A stretch of DNA of 64,000 nt from the human T2T-CHM13v2.0 reference genome, Homo sapiens: NCBI RefSeq assembly GCF_009914755.1, contig NC_060933.1. One strand, 5' to 3'. The notes beneath the pieces were generated by a model. The model was not told where the DNA came from. It made no database searches and was given only the letters and a program-made list of their open reading frames with translations. Every line of letters starts with the position of its first letter. Positions within the stretch are counted from its first letter, which is position 1. This document shows, in pieces, positions 1 through 14,239 of this stretch. The position numbers and the translations under genes were made by a program.

Positions 1-539
1 CCTGCCCTGAGCTTCCGCAAGACTGCCCTTTTCCCCTCATCAGACCCCGATAAGATACCCAGCTGCACGTTAACCAGCCGCACTGTGTCCAGTGGCTCAC
101 AGCACTGGAGACTCAGTTTCCCCAACCCTCATCTGTAAAGTGGAGATAAGAATTCCTGCTGGATGCAACGAGAAGATGTTTATAAAATTGCCTGGCACAA
201 AATAAGTCCTTAATAACGCTAGTTCCCTTCTCTGTTCCCTGTACCAGCTGCTTTTCCCCTGAAGTGCTCTGTCCCCTCCATTGTAGAAGCAGAAGTCTCT
301 CCCTAGTTTTGGGAACGGATTTCAAACTCCTTCCCACAGAAGAGTTGAGGCACACAGTGGGTTCTCCCCAGTGGGAGGCGGTATTCATTAAAGAGTAGGC
401 TTCGGCCAAAGATATCAGGCAATGATGGTGATATTTCAGGCATTGAGATTTTGAGGCTGGGGCCGCTCTGCCCGTGAGTCACTGGCCTCTGACAAAGGAT
501 GAGGTGGCAGGAGGAGGTAGCCAGACCATGCGATGAGGC

Positions 540-720
540 GTTCAGTCCCAGCTTCTCCACTGCCTAGCGGTGTGACCTTGGCTGGGTCTCCTGACCTCTC
601 TGAGCTTCCTGGTCTGTAACATGTGGGTAATAATCAGTGGTAATTCCCACCTCCCAGGGGTGTGCTGGGGATTACGTGGGCTCTTCCTGCAGCACAGGGC
701 TGACCCATGGCAAGAGTTCA
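540..720. mobile_element. MIR SINE fragment
   Basis: tgtgaccttgg...acctctctgagcttc...ctgtaacatg resembles the MIR core. Confidence 0.6.
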
Positions 721-746
721 GGGCGTCACAGGTCCTGCCGTTGTTT

Positions 747-1028
747 GAGACGGAGTCTCACTCTGTCACCCAGGCTGGAGTGCAGTGGCAAGACCTCAGC
801 TCACCGCAACCTCCGCCTCCCAGGTTCGAGCCATTGTCCTACCTCAGCCTCCTGAATAGTTAGGATTACAGATGTGTGCCATCATACCCAGCTAGTTTTT
901 GTATTTTTAGTAGAGACGGGGTTTCACCATGTTAGCCAGGCTGGTCTTGAACTCCTGACCTGAGGTGATCTGCCCGCCTTGGCCTCCCAAAGTGCTGGGA
1001 TTACAGGCGTGAGACACCGCACCCAGCC
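747..1028 (-). mobile_element. Alu (AluS-like), almost no A-tail, with TSD
   Basis: Full dimeric Alu in reverse orientation; flanking ctgcYgttgttt at 735-746 and 1029-1040. Confidence 0.95.
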
Positions 1029-1493
1029 CTGCTGTTGTTTTTCTTTTCATCACTGACAGTTGGCAGTGTGTTTGGCCAATTCATCAGCCCCAAACCCTCC
1101 TCCCCAGCAGCACAGCTGAGGGAACGCAGCTCAAGGCTTGGGGAGGTGCAGACATTTCCAGAATGCTAACAACCTGATTTCTTTGAGAGCACACCTCATG
1201 TTTGGCCTTGGACTGGCTAGCTGTGTTGGTGGCTGGGTGGGCTTCCAGCTTGGGGAGGGAGGCCCCGTGAGGCCGAGGGACCCCAGCAAGACCACTGTGT
1301 CCCAGAACCTCTGTTTGTTCATAAGTGAAGCTGCTGTCTCTCTGGGCTGCCTGGCGCTCTCGAGGGCCTGGCCAGTGAGAACAGAGAAGCCCAGGCCACA
1401 GCATCAGGGATGGGGCTGGAAGTGGAGAGGGCTGTGAGTGGGAGGCCTTTGGACATGCAGCATCTCAAGGCCATGGGAGGGTAGGGTTTCCTG

Positions 1494-1553
1494 GACCTGC
1501 CCGCAGGGGAAGTGACCCTGGCCGACCTGCCCGCAGGGGAAGTGACCCTGGCC
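1494..1553. repeat. 30-bp tandem duplication
   Basis: gacctgcccgcaggggaagtgaccctggcc x2, exact. Confidence 0.95.
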
Positions 1554-2565
1554 ACCCTGCCGCTCAGTGTGGGCGCTCCTGGCACTTCCCCAGAGGTAGC
1601 TTCTTAGTGCTGTTAGGTGGAGGGTGCTGGGAAGCCGGTCCAGGCCCCCCAAGCACAGACTGAATGGGTTGCCTGGTTCCCCAGGTTCCTGAACTGGGGG
1701 CAGTGGGGCCACCTGGGTTGATACCTGGGAGGAGGGACCCCCCTGCTGCCAGACCCCAATAAGGGGAGCAGGGCTCCGCCAAGACAGCTGAGAGCGCCAG
1801 GCTGGAGTGGGACTCTGAGACAGAACTGGGCAAGAAAGCATCTCTGTCCCCAGCTCTCCTGCCCACAGGAAGCAGAAAGGCAAGAAAGCCCCAGTGATGT
1901 GGAAGAGGCAGGCAGGAAGGTGGGGGAGACCCCTGCCCTGGCCAAGGCATGAGTGAGGGAGGGGGGTGGCTGTGTCCCCATCACACTCCATCATAGCCAG
2001 GGAACAAGCTCTCCCCATGAAAGCTCCGGGCTTCCTCTCCCCTCCCTGGATACCATTTTCCCATGGGGTTTGCTGCCATCCTGGTGGGAAAAGTAATTAG
2101 GTGACCAAGTACCCAAAAGTAATTAGGTGATCCCATCCCAGGTGGAGCTCACCCCTCTTCCTCCAGGAAGCCTTCCTGGATTACCCTCACCCCCACTGAG
2201 CACCCTTTATCCCTCTGGGGCCCAGTCGCCCCTCAGGCGGTTGCCATGGGATCCTGTGGAGACACAGGGGAAGGGGTCAGTTCACATCCATGGAACAGCA
2301 AGCCCTTCACGGCGACCCACTCAGCACCGTGAACTCAGAACCATCCAGTTCTAAGTTCCTAGCAGCATCCAGGTAGCTTCCCAAGTTCCCAGTCAGCATC
2401 CACCAAGGGACCAGCCCTTCCTCTGCATGAGTCAGCTGTACTGAGGACAGGGAAGGGTGGGCAGAGGGTGGGAAGAAGCTTTGAATCTTTCTCTTTGGCT
2501 GATTCAGCAGCATCAATGACATGAGATGGCTCTTCAGTAGGCTACAGTTAGAAAACGGCAATGCG

Positions 2566-2932
<367 letters not shown>

Positions 2933-4269
2933 CTAAGTGCATTCTGTGCATGCCCTCCCTGCGTTCTGACCGCATCTTTGAGATCACTTACTGTTCCCAC
3001 TGTTTGGTCATGGAATGGGAGGCTGAGAGGCTCGGAAATGGCCCGGGGTCTCGCGGCTGTAGCAGGAGCTGGTGCTTGTCAAAGGCTACCTGTGCCCCTG
3101 AGAGGGGAGAGCACTTGAGCCCAATTTAATAACCAGTCTCTCTCCTACATTCATCCCCATTCTACAGATCAGAAAACAGGGGTTTTGAGTTCAACAATCA
3201 CCTGGAGATATCACGAGGAACCAGGGGCTGATATGGAGCTACAGCCCAGGTTCCTGATTCTAAATCTGGTCCTCCTTCTACCCTAAATATTTCCCTGACT
3301 CACTCCCATCAGTCATTCTCGCTGCCGTGGGCTAAGAAGGATTCAGAAGCCATGCTGGGGATCGATGGGAATGAGCACGGGGATGGATTAGCAATGCCTG
3401 CCAAGGGCGTGGGCAGGGGAGTGGCAGACTGCCTGCTACACGTTGCCATCCTGCATGATACCCTGCTGGCCTGGAGCTGATTGACGCTTTCCTGCCCCAG
3501 CAGTTGAGAAGTCCATTTATTTCCCTCCAGGGGCCTCACAGACCCATTTACCCCAGAGCTGTGGGTCTGGGGGATTCAAAGAGAGACCTGGTGACTGTGA
3601 CAGCCTCTGGAAACCTGAGTCGACATTGTCTGCTGGGCATTAGTGGTGATGCCCCAGGTGCTCAAGCCTCTCTGCACTCTAGGTCTTAGACTGAGCCACT
3701 GGAGGGAGGAAGCTGGGGTTTTTAGTAAACCTTTCTGGAGAATGTCTTTTGGAGCTGGTCTGTATTAACCTGGAAGAATTCCCCTGGGCTCTGAATCCAG
3801 AGGCGGGGGTTTGGGGGGCATTTGGAATCTACTGTATCATTTTCCTAAGAGCCAAGTGAAACGCAAGCTCCAGCTGCCGCTGGCTCCCAAACCGCAAGCT
3901 CGGGCTCGTTCTGTAGCTTGAAGTTGCAGTAATAAATTTTCCCCTGTGAAACCTGCGGAGGCGCTTCTCATCTACTCTCCGTGGTTGCAGCCCAGGTTGT
4001 TGCAATAGTAAGCGCATACTGCATGTGAGTTGCAGAAAGAAGGGAACAGATGGTGAACACAACATTGCACCTGGGTACTAGTTAGTTGTGTTGACCACGT
4101 GGGTTATAAAGACTTCATCTCAGAAGTCACTTTGCTACTTCTGTTGGATATTGGACATTATCGTACAGGTTTGAGGAATGGTGAGTTCACAGACTTCATC
4201 CAGAGTGGTGAAATCTAGAAGCAGAAATGAACTAAAGAATGAGAAAGGAGAGCGATGGTAATGACAGTC

Positions 4270-4480
4270 AGAGTGCTAGGTGCCGTGTGCCGAGGGCTGT
4301 GCGAGGCTCGGTGCTGAGTGATGCTTTGTGAATATTCCAGTTAATGTCCACGACAACCCCATCAATGGGGGCTTAGGCCTATGCTGCAGATAAGGGAGTG
4401 GAGGTCCAGAGAGGTTATATAACTTGCCAGGGTCACACAGCCAGTAAGAGGCAGAGCTGAGATTTGTGCAGCTGGCTTCT
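4270..4480. mobile_element. MIR SINE
   Basis: aacttgccagggtcacacagccagtaagaggcagagctgagattt MIR-like motif. Confidence 0.6.
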
Positions 4481-4684
4481 AAAGTCCCATCAGCAATGGG
4501 TTGGGCTGCCCGACTTTGCTGTGCAGAGCCTGCAGTGCCAGCCTGTGTCAGCAGAGAGCCTGGAGAGGCCCTCTCTCCCTGGAGGGGCATGGGCTGGGCA
4601 GGGCTTCCCAGTGGCTTCCCTCTGCTGGTCTTGGAACTGGACCCTGAGCCAGGGTGAGAGCCAGCTTTCCCCAGGAGGTTTTAG

Positions 4685-5012
<328 letters not shown>

Positions 5013-5264
5013 CAGAATCTTTATAATGTGGCAAACAACAATGGCACCTGGATCTACTGGCGGCACAGTGGCGTCTGGCTTCTTGGCACGATTCCAAATC
5101 ACAGCTGGGAACAAAGACGTCCTACTGGAGGCCTCTTGGGGCCAGGAGAAGGGGTCTTGGAGATAACCCAAGTCACAGGTCACAATGTCAACTGAGTGGC
5201 GTATGGTAAGCCACAGCCACGCCCCATCTTTTTGTCCCCAAATGTTTGTGTTTACTTTTATTTA

Positions 5265-6125
5265 CGTATAACTGACATAATAGGAAATATGTATTTGTTC
5301 TCTGCCCTGGCTCTTGGCTCCTGGCACAGAGCTTCTAAAACCCTCGTAATTTCCTGAGTGATGAAGTGATGGCAGCATCTTTTGTTAATAATATTTAATA
5401 ATATTTGGTCTTGTCCCCGGTTCCTGATCCAAGAGCTTCTAAGACCCTTGGCATCTCTGGAGTGATGAGTGTCTTTTTATATGCTAATGAGATGACTGGT
5501 GGCTGGGGGCCCCTAGATAGCTTCAGGGTGGGGGCTGGTGGCCACAGGAACCAACCGTGAAATTGGAGGGCTGGAACATTCAGCCCCCTCATCTCTGAGG
5601 AAGGGAGAGGGGCTGGAGATTGAGTTAATCTCCAATCCTCATTCACGCCAATGGAATGGAACCTCTATAAAAACACTCAACACCGGGGTTTGGAGACCTG
5701 GGTTGGTGAACACACGGAAATGCTGGGAGGTTGCCGTGCCCAGAGCGGGCATGGAAGCTGTGTGCTCCTCGCCCATGTCTTGCCAGATGCAGCTCTTCCA
5801 ACTGGCTGGTCCTGAGTCGTGTCCTTTATAAAAACTGGTAAATGTAAATGAATGTTGCCCTGAGTTTTATGAACCATTCTAGCAAATTATTGAACACGAA
5901 AGGGGGTTGTGGGAACCCCCAATTTATAGTCAGTGGTTCAAAAGTACAGGAGGCCCCAACTTGGCCTCTGATGTGGGGTGCAGTCTGTAGGATTGTGGGG
6001 TCTGCGCTAACTCTGGGCAGCTAGTGTCAGAATCCAGTTAAATTGCAGGACACCTGGTCGACGTCTGCCAAGAACTAAAGAACTGGTTGGTGTGGGGCAA
6101 CCACACCAGACATCAAACCACATGT
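5265..6125 (+). mobile_element. Solo LTR, MER21 family (ERVL)
   Basis: gaaatatgtatttg...ctcctggcacagagcttctaaaaccc...atgctaatgagatgactggtggctggggg matches my recollection of the MER21 consensus. Confidence 0.75.
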
Positions 6126-6149
6126 GATGTCTGAAATGTTGGGAGGATT

Positions 6150-7890
6150 TAGAAAGACAACTATTTCCCTTTAATAACACACGCAGTAAATTGCCTGTAA
6201 GTGTCCAGAGTATATGAATGAGTGAGTGCCCATGAATGGATGGATTTTCACAAACTGGTCCCATGGAACCAGCACCTTTGAAGGCCCCTCGTGTCTGTGT
6301 CTGTGCTTTGTATAAATGGGATGACACACGTGTACCCTTTGGTGTCTGGCTTCTATTTCTCAGCATACATTCGGGAGACTCATCCACGTTGCTGTGTGTT
6401 GAGGTAGATGATTAATTTTCCTTGCCGTACAGTATTCCAATGCGTGAGAATACTACACTCTGCCCATTCTACTATTGTTGGGCTTCTGGGTAATTATAAA
6501 CAGTGCTGCTATGAACATTCTGGTGCATGGCTTTTGTTTTCCAAAGTGTTGTTCTCATTTTCCTCCCACCAGTAGTGTAAGAGAGGTGCATTGCTCCACA
6601 TCCTCACCAACTTGTATTATTATTTTCTATCTTTTTTGTTTTAGCTTTTCTGGTGGGTGTGTATTGACATTGCACTGTGGCTTGTATTTGCATTTCCCTG
6701 TTGGCTAATGAAGCTGAGCCTCTTGTCATATGGGGTATTTTTCGGTTCATTTGGGAACCCTGTTGGCCTCTCTGCCTATCCAGGCCCATTTATCTCCTGG
6801 GATGTCTGTCTTTTTCTTACTGGTTTGTAGGCACGTTATAAGTATGAATCCTTATATTGCATTAATTACACTGTACAGATGACCTTTTCACTCTCTTAGT
6901 AGGTTCTTCTGATGAATAAACATTCTTACTATAGTCCAATTTATTTTTTTTATGGTTAGTTTTGTGTCCTATTTAACACATCTTTGCCAAGTCCAAGATG
7001 ACAAAAGTGTAATGCTTTATTGTAAATGCTTTATTGTTTGTATTTCACATTTAGATCTACAATCCACCTGGAATGGATATTTTGTTATTTGTGAGATATG
7101 TTTGTTTTGTTTTGTCATAGAGACAGGATCTTGCTCTGTTGCCCAGGCGAGAGTGCAGTGGCATGATCACAGCTCATTGCAGCCTTGACCTCCTGTGCTC
7201 AAGCAATCCTCCTGCCTCAGCCTCCAGAGTAGCTGAGACTACAAGCACCCACCACCGCGCCTGGATAATTTTTAAACTTTTTAGAGATGGTATCTCACTG
7301 TGTTACCCAGGCTGGCCTCAAACCCCTGGCTCCAAGCAATCTTCCTGCCTCAGCCTCCCAAAGTGCTGGGATTACAGGTATGAGCCACCATGCTTCGCCT
7401 TGTGAGGTATGTTTTTGAGATGACCCTCTTTTCCCCATTTATGGCTGGGTTGCCCTGTTGAGTACACTGTGGGGAGGGGAGGTCTCTTTCTGGATTCCCT
7501 CTGTTCTATCAGTCAGTTTGTCTATTCTTGTGCCAATCCCACACTGTCCTAATTACTGTGGCGTTTTTTTTTTCTTCTGATGTCTTGTAGTGTGAGTCTT
7601 TCAGCCTTGTTCTTTGTTCTCAAGATCTTCTTGGCTATTCTTGGCCCAAAGCTTTTCTATATGAATTTTAGGCTCAGCTCGTCAATTTCCATGAGAAAGA
7701 AACCTCCTGGGATTTTGATTGAAATTGCATTGAATTTAGATATTCATTAGGGGAAAGCGATATGTTTACAGTATTGTAGTTTTCCAATCCGTGAACATGG
7801 TATATACCTCTATTTGTTTAGATCTTTGTTAATTTATCTCAATGGCATTTTGCAGTTTTTAGTGTAGGTTGCACGTCTTCATTAGACTTC
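6150..7890 (-). mobile_element. Old L1M (L1ME/MB-type) 3' fragment, interrupted by an Alu
   Basis: Antisense L1 motifs (gctgctatgaacattc, ttgcatttccctg, gggattttgattgaaattgcattgaat). Confidence 0.8.
7102..7400 (-). mobile_element. Alu (AluJ-like)
   Basis: Diverged dimeric Alu. Confidence 0.9.
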
Positions 7891-8054
7891 TTTCTACTCT
7901 CAAACCTACAGCTAATTTGCAAGAATGGAACAATGAAGACTCCTAGACCTACTCACCTGCCTTAAAGATATGCTATTGTCCCCCAGAGAGGTGGCAAAAT
8001 GGTTTGTATTTTTGTCTTAAGCCTTGGACTTTTAAAATCCTGGATTTTGATGTG

Positions 8055-8611
8055 TGTGCAGAAGAGAACTAAGATAGCGTGCGTGAGACCGCTCTCCTTT
8101 AAAAGGCCTGCTTGCAAGAGTAGCCTCTGACTGGCATCTGGGAACTTGGATCTTGAGAGAGTTGCCACCATTCTCTAACTTTGCTGTGCTGCTTTGCTGT
8201 GCCTGAACTGTTTGCACACAAAATGGGGTTTATGCAGAACACCTGCTTGCCCTCTGGAGGTCTGGAATTTTGTTTCATGCTAGATAGAGAATGCTATGTG
8301 ACCAGATCTCCATAAAAACCCCAGGCACTGAGTCTCTAATGAGCTTCCCTGGTAGACGACACTTCGACTGTGCTGCTACAACACGTTGCAGGAGGAATTG
8401 CTCCCATGAGACTGCCCTGGGAAGGAACCCTTGGAAACTGGCACCTTCTTGCCTGGGACTTTGTCCAATGCACCTTTCCCTTTGCTGATTTTATTTTGTG
8501 TCCTTTTGCTGTAATAAGTCATAGTTGTGATACAAAGAGTATGCTAAGTCCTGTGAGTCCCAGTGAATCACTGAACAGGAGGTAGGGGTGGTGTTATGGA
8601 CCCTTGACACA
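8055..8611 (+). mobile_element. Solo LTR, MER68-like (ERVL)
   Basis: Starts tgtgcagaagagaactaagatagc...aaaggcctgcttgcaag and ends ...gacccttgacaca (TG...CA termini). Confidence 0.7.
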
Positions 8612-8994
8612 GTGTGAAAGCTCCAGATGTTTTATGTTGATTCAAAATGAAAACTTCTGAAGCTCACATGAATCGTGTCTGTAGGCCAGACATGGCCTAC
8701 GAGCAGGCACTTTGGGGCTTCAGAGTGAGCTCGAGCCCCTCACTGGACAGGGATCAAGTGAGGCCTAAGGTGGGACTTGCCCCCTCCCAGGTGCCCAAGC
8801 TGGAAAGAGGGTCTGGGCTTCCCAGGCCAGAGCTGCTTTCAGGAGAATGTACCTGGTGGAAGAAGCGGTGGAAGGAAGGAAATCATGTCTTGGTTTCTGA
8901 TGGGAGAAGGTTTTCAATCTATGTTGTGTGAAAAAGCAGTTGGTACAGAGACTCTGTACCCATAACATGATTTTATTTCATAGATAGGATCTCT

Positions 8995-9335
8995 ATATCT
9001 CAGCCTTAGAAACAGGGAAATTCTGACGCATGCTACAACCTGGACGAAGCTTGAGGACATGATGCTGAGTGAAATAAGGCAGTCACAAAAGACAAATGCT
9101 GCAGAATTCCACTTCTATGTGGTCCCTAGAGTTGTCAAATCCATAGAGGCAGAATGGAGGTTGCTAGGGGATGGGGAGGGGGAATGAGGAGTGAGTGCTT
9201 GATAGGACAGAGTTTCAGTTTAGAAGATGAAAGCGTTCTGGAGATGGACGGTGGTGATGGCTGCAAACAATATACACCTAAAAATGGTTTAAATGGTGAC
9301 TTTTATGTTATATATATTTTACCACAGTTAAAACA
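8995..9335 (+). mobile_element. L1MB 3' fragment
   Basis: aaattctgacgcatgctacaac...tgagtgaaataaggcagtcacaaaag...tggagatggacggtggtgatggctgca. Confidence 0.8.
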
Positions 9336-9450
9336 TAGCAAGATAAAATAGGATGTCTCTCTGTTCACATCGCTATGGTCCTGGGAAGACACAGACCAAG
9401 GTGCTCATGGTCATCATCTGTGGATGGAGGGATTGTGGGGGAGAGTTTTC

Positions 9451-9587
9451 TTTTTGTTTATTTGGTTTTAGAGATGGGGGGCTTGCTATGCTGGCCAGGT
9501 TGGTCTTGAACTTCCGGCCTCAAATGATCCTCCTGCTTCAACCTCTCAAAGTGCTGGGATTACAGGTGTGAACCACCGTGCCCAGCC
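9451..9587 (-). mobile_element. Alu left monomer (FLAM-like)
   Basis: Single left arm. Confidence 0.85.
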
Positions 9588-9667
9588 TGGGAGATAGTTT
9601 TCTTTCTGCTTTTCTATTTTCCATGTTTTTTTTTTGGCATGCAATATATATTATGTTTTAATGTTGA

Positions 9668-10026
<359 letters not shown>

Positions 10027-11059
10027 CTAAATTTGCAGTTTGGAAAAAATTTATTAACAATAAATAGTATGAGAAAAAAAATCAATGTCGTCAACCAGAA
10101 ACATTGGGGAAAAAAAAGACAACCTAATTGTTTTGCAGAAACACCTCCAGCCACACTCCAGTTGGAAAATATCATAGAATTGGGCCTGGGCCTCTTCCCA
10201 GGTACCTGTTTCTGGCCAGGCAGCGGCCACCTCAGTCACATCAGGAGAACTGCATGGATTCCCGATCCACCAGGACCTCTGAATCTGAATTCCTGGGGAG
10301 GCCCAGATGCTGTCCTTTGCAAACTCTAGGTCGTTCTGCTGTTTTGCGGGGCTTGTGAACCACCTCCTGGGGTTCTGAGAAACTGAGTTTGACAAGCCTT
10401 TCTCTACCCGATGGTGGCTCTGTTCTGTGCTCCTTGGTCTAGCGTGGGTCATGGTCTGCGCCTCAAGGTCTGAGTGTGAACCAGGTCCCAAGACTCTGCC
10501 TATGGCTGCACCCCAGGAGATGGAGCTGGGGGGCGACATGGAAAAGAGGGGGATGGGTGTGACTTGCTAGGAGAATCCCAAGTGACCATCACCTCCAACA
10601 GTGCAGCGGAAAGCTGGGTTGCAGGTGGAAGGGAAGTGCCTTCACCTGTTGTGCTTATTATCCCTGTGCTTTTGCAGGGAGAGAGTGTGGCTCAGGCCGG
10701 CTGAGTGACCTGTGCAAGGTCACCCAGCTAGTCGTGTGTGCAGGACTGTGACCTGAGGGCGTCCCTTAGGGGCTGCAGTCTCCTCTTGGCCATCTGGAAG
10801 GGTGTGCTCGGGGTTCTAGGGGGCAGATGGGGCAGGGTCCCTGCAGCCCTGTCTCTGAGATGATGGACTGTGCACGTGGCCACCCCCACAGCCCCGGAGC
10901 CTCCCTTGAACTCTTCTCTGCACCCTGCTGAAGAAGCATCTCCTGGGGACGGTGGCAGCCAGGGGAGTGGCAGAGGAAGAGAGGACGGGTAGGCCCCATC
11001 TCCCTGTCCCAGGTCTGGAAATGACGCCCGCGCCCCAAGCCCTTCTCTCCTGCCCAGCT

Positions 11060-11430
11060 TCGTCTGTGTCGTCTGTGTCGTAGAAAGGCCTGCTCAGAAT
11101 TCACAGCGGCTCAGGGGCTCATGAATTATGTACGGCTCCAGATCAATCCGTCAGCGCTCTGTCAGGGAGGAATCAAAGGCCCCGCGGCCGGCAGACAGCT
11201 CTTTCTGCGTGGGGCCGCCGCGGAGAGCCCGGCGCCGGCGAGTTGGTGGAGCCCCGTGGGCGCTCGGCTCCCCGTCCCTTCCGAATGCCCCGTCTCTCTG
11301 TTTCTCTGCCAGACGCAGATTTGACAAATGTCTTTAAAGGCGGGGTGGGGGTAACAACAAAAAGCCCTGGCCCGTGTGTTTTGAGCGCGTTCCAAGGTGC
11401 TCGGCGTGAATAATTGATGCCAGCGCCACT
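11060..11430. promoter_or_regulatory. CpG-rich, repeat-free candidate enhancer
   Basis: Dense CpGs (11180-11290), with ATCAAAG, CTGTCA and two POU/homeodomain-like AT motifs. Confidence 0.45.
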
Positions 11431-11789
11431 TTTGTCATGGGAAGGTCACCCTGGGTGCGGTACAGTCTCCGCCACCACAACAGCACAAGCTTCCTGCAGC
11501 ACTGATGAGACGGCCCCTCCTCGGCCAGGCCACCATTCTGGGGCTGGGCAAGCTGGCCATGAAGGGATGGCGACCTTGCTCCTGAGAAGGGGCGTCCTGC
11601 TCTGCTCTGTCCGGGCCTCCAGGCCCAGAAGCGAGGGTTGAGAGGGGAGCCGCGGGGAGCCGCAGGGAGCAGCCTGTGGCTCCTGGGCACCGCTGCCTTC
11701 TGGGAGGAGCTGGAGGTGGTTGAGATGCTTGGGCTGGCTGTGCACCAGCGTCCCGGAGCTGCTGTGACAGATGAGTGCGAGCTGGGCTG

Positions 11790-12160
11790 CTGAACACAGG
11801 GTCATCCCACAGCTCTGCGACCGGAGGGCTGGAGTTAAGGCGCCCGTGGCGATGGCTCCTACTGGAGCTTAGAGGGAGACTCTGCTGGCCTCTGTCCCGG
11901 TGTCTGCTGCCTGTGGGCTCTCCTCGCTGTTCTTTGATCCTGTCCCTGTCTCTGCCCTCAGGTGGCCTCTTCCTCTGTGTCTCTGTATCCTCTCCTCTTC
12001 TTATGAGGACACCTGTCATTGTCATCCCAGCCCAGTCCAGGATGATTGCATCTGAAGATACTCATCTTAATGACATCTTTGAAGACCTTCATTTCAAATA
12101 AGGACAATTCTGAGGGTCTGGGTGGACCTATCTTTTGGGGGCCACCATCTAACCCACTAC
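11790..12160 (-). mobile_element. MLT1A/B-type LTR (MaLR)
   Basis: tcttcttatgaggacacc...atcttaatgacatct...caaataagg...gggggccaccatctaacccactac. Confidence 0.75.
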
Positions 12161-12999
12161 GGCGGGAGACGCAGCAGCACGGGCCACAATAGGGACAGGG
12201 CCACCCAGGCCTGATGGCCGCTGCGACCTTCTCATCTCAGGGCACGGCTGGGCCCACACCCCGACCCAGGACAGAGGCAGGCACCCCCGAAAGAACGCCC
12301 CCCAGAACTGTTCCTGCCTGGCTTCCGATGGCACCAGGGTCCCCACCTCCCCCTCAGCTGCTCTGAGTTGGAGAGGAGGTTGTGGTGCCCATTTAGCAGA
12401 TGGGCAAAGTGAAACCCAGACAGGGAGGTGATTTTCTCCGGGTTCCAGGGAGGGGCTGGCGGGGCAAAGATCAGCGGCCACGTGACTCAGGTAGGTGCAC
12501 GTCCTCCTGCGCCAGGCTGCCAAGCTGTGCTTGGGCCCCTCTGTGCTCCCCCGGTCTGTAGGGCATTATCTGCTTCTAGCTGGCCCCTCCCACCCCAGCC
12601 TCATCTCTCCCCACCCACACTCTCCAGGCCAGCCTCACCGGCATGCCAATCCACGGGTCTCAATCCTGCTGCACATTTGGGTCCCCAACTTTGGACATTC
12701 AGGTCTCATTTGAGTGAGGTGGGAGCAGGTGTGAACTGTTAGACTCTCTCTAAGTGATTCTAATGCGCTCCTACGGACCCCACACTCCTTCTGGCACAGG
12801 CTCTTCTCTCTGTCTGAGATCTACTGGTTTTGGTCCTGACATCTGCTCGGTGGTCACTTTCCCAGGGAGGCTGCCCCAATCTCCCTGACAGGGCCTTGAC
12901 TACCTGTTTAATGCAGCATATCTTACTCTCGCTGGATACAGCCCAGCTGGAACGTTCATTTCTGTATGTAATTCTTCGTTTTGTGTCATCCTCTTCGTA

Positions 13000-13700
13000 T
13001 CAGGTAGAATGCCTTAGGCTGTAATAGAATATCCGGGGAAAAGTGGCTTTAATAATAGGAGCTTATTTTTCTCACATAATAAGAGGTTTGGGCCAGGCAC
13101 GGCGGCCCTGTAATCTCAGCACTTTGGGAGGCTGAGGCAAGAGGATCACTGAGGTCAGGAGTGTGAGACCAGCCTGGCCAACATGGTGAAATCCCATCTC
13201 TACTAAAAATATTTTAAAAATTAGCTGGATATGGTGGTAGGCACCTGTAGTCCCAGTTACTCAGGAGGCTGAGGCAGGAGAATAACTTGAACCCTGGGAG
13301 GTGGAGGTTGCAGTGAGCCCAGTAAGTGCCACTGCGCTCCAGCCTGGGCAACTGAGCAAGACTCTGTCTCAAAAAAAAAAAAAAGAGAAAAAAAGAAAAG
13401 AGACTTGATTCAGCAGCTCAGTAACAGCAGCAAGGAGCTAGCATTTTACTACGCTCAACTTCACCAGCATAATGGCAAGGCCTCAACTCATGGTGACAAC
13501 ATGGCTGCCACAGCTCCAAGCATCACATCACACAATAATAAGGTCTACAAGGAAGGAGGGGAAAATGCTACTCCCAACTCTTCTTGTTGGAGATGCAAAG
13601 CTTTCCCAGATCCCTCCAGCAGACCTCAGGTCCTAATGGATAGAGCTGGGCCACCTGCCCATGCCCACATGCAAAGAAGTCTGAGGAGGCAGGTATTTCC
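13000..13700. mobile_element. Old MLT1 (K/L-like) LTR split by an Alu
   Basis: ttatttttctcacataataagag ... atggctgccacagctccaagcatcacatc. Confidence 0.6.
13091..13400 (+). mobile_element. Alu (AluS-like)
   Basis: Dimeric Alu with A-tail. Confidence 0.95.
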
Positions 13701-14239
13701 CAACTTTATCTTCTATTTGGGAGCAGTGCTCTGATAACAAGGAACTCAGGGAGGGTCGTGTCTCATGGGTGGGTCACCCAAAGCGTCTCAGTCTCCCTGA
13801 CTATGGTGTAAACTTCATGAGGGGAGGAACTAGGTCTAAATTTGCTCCCATATAACTCCAGTGCCTGGCAAGTACCTGGTGCTCACCAGATGTGGGCTGA
13901 ATTAGTTCCCTGGCACACAGCTGATTCTCCAATCAGCCTTGAGCTCCTTTAGAGCAGGGGCTCCTCTGCTCATGTTCGTAGCACCCCCACCTCCCCCATC
14001 CCTCCCTACACACAACAGGGGGCTATAGCTGCAGTCCTGCTGCAAGCGGGGTGCTGAGAGGGCACAAGAAAGTGCCCACTCCGATGGACTCCTTAAGCTT
14101 CTGTGGTTCTGACACGAGCAAGTCTCCCCTCTAGGATAAGTCAGGGTTTTTCTGCCAGCAGCCAAAAGTAACTCTGGCTAATTTCGGGAAGGATAAAGAA
14201 GGATTTATGGAAGGAATGAGGCTCACTTAATCAAAAGCA

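Noticed and set aside
5280-5470. Internal direct repeat at the start of the MER21-like LTR
   Set aside because: To my recollection this is a native feature of the MER21 consensus, not a locus-specific event.
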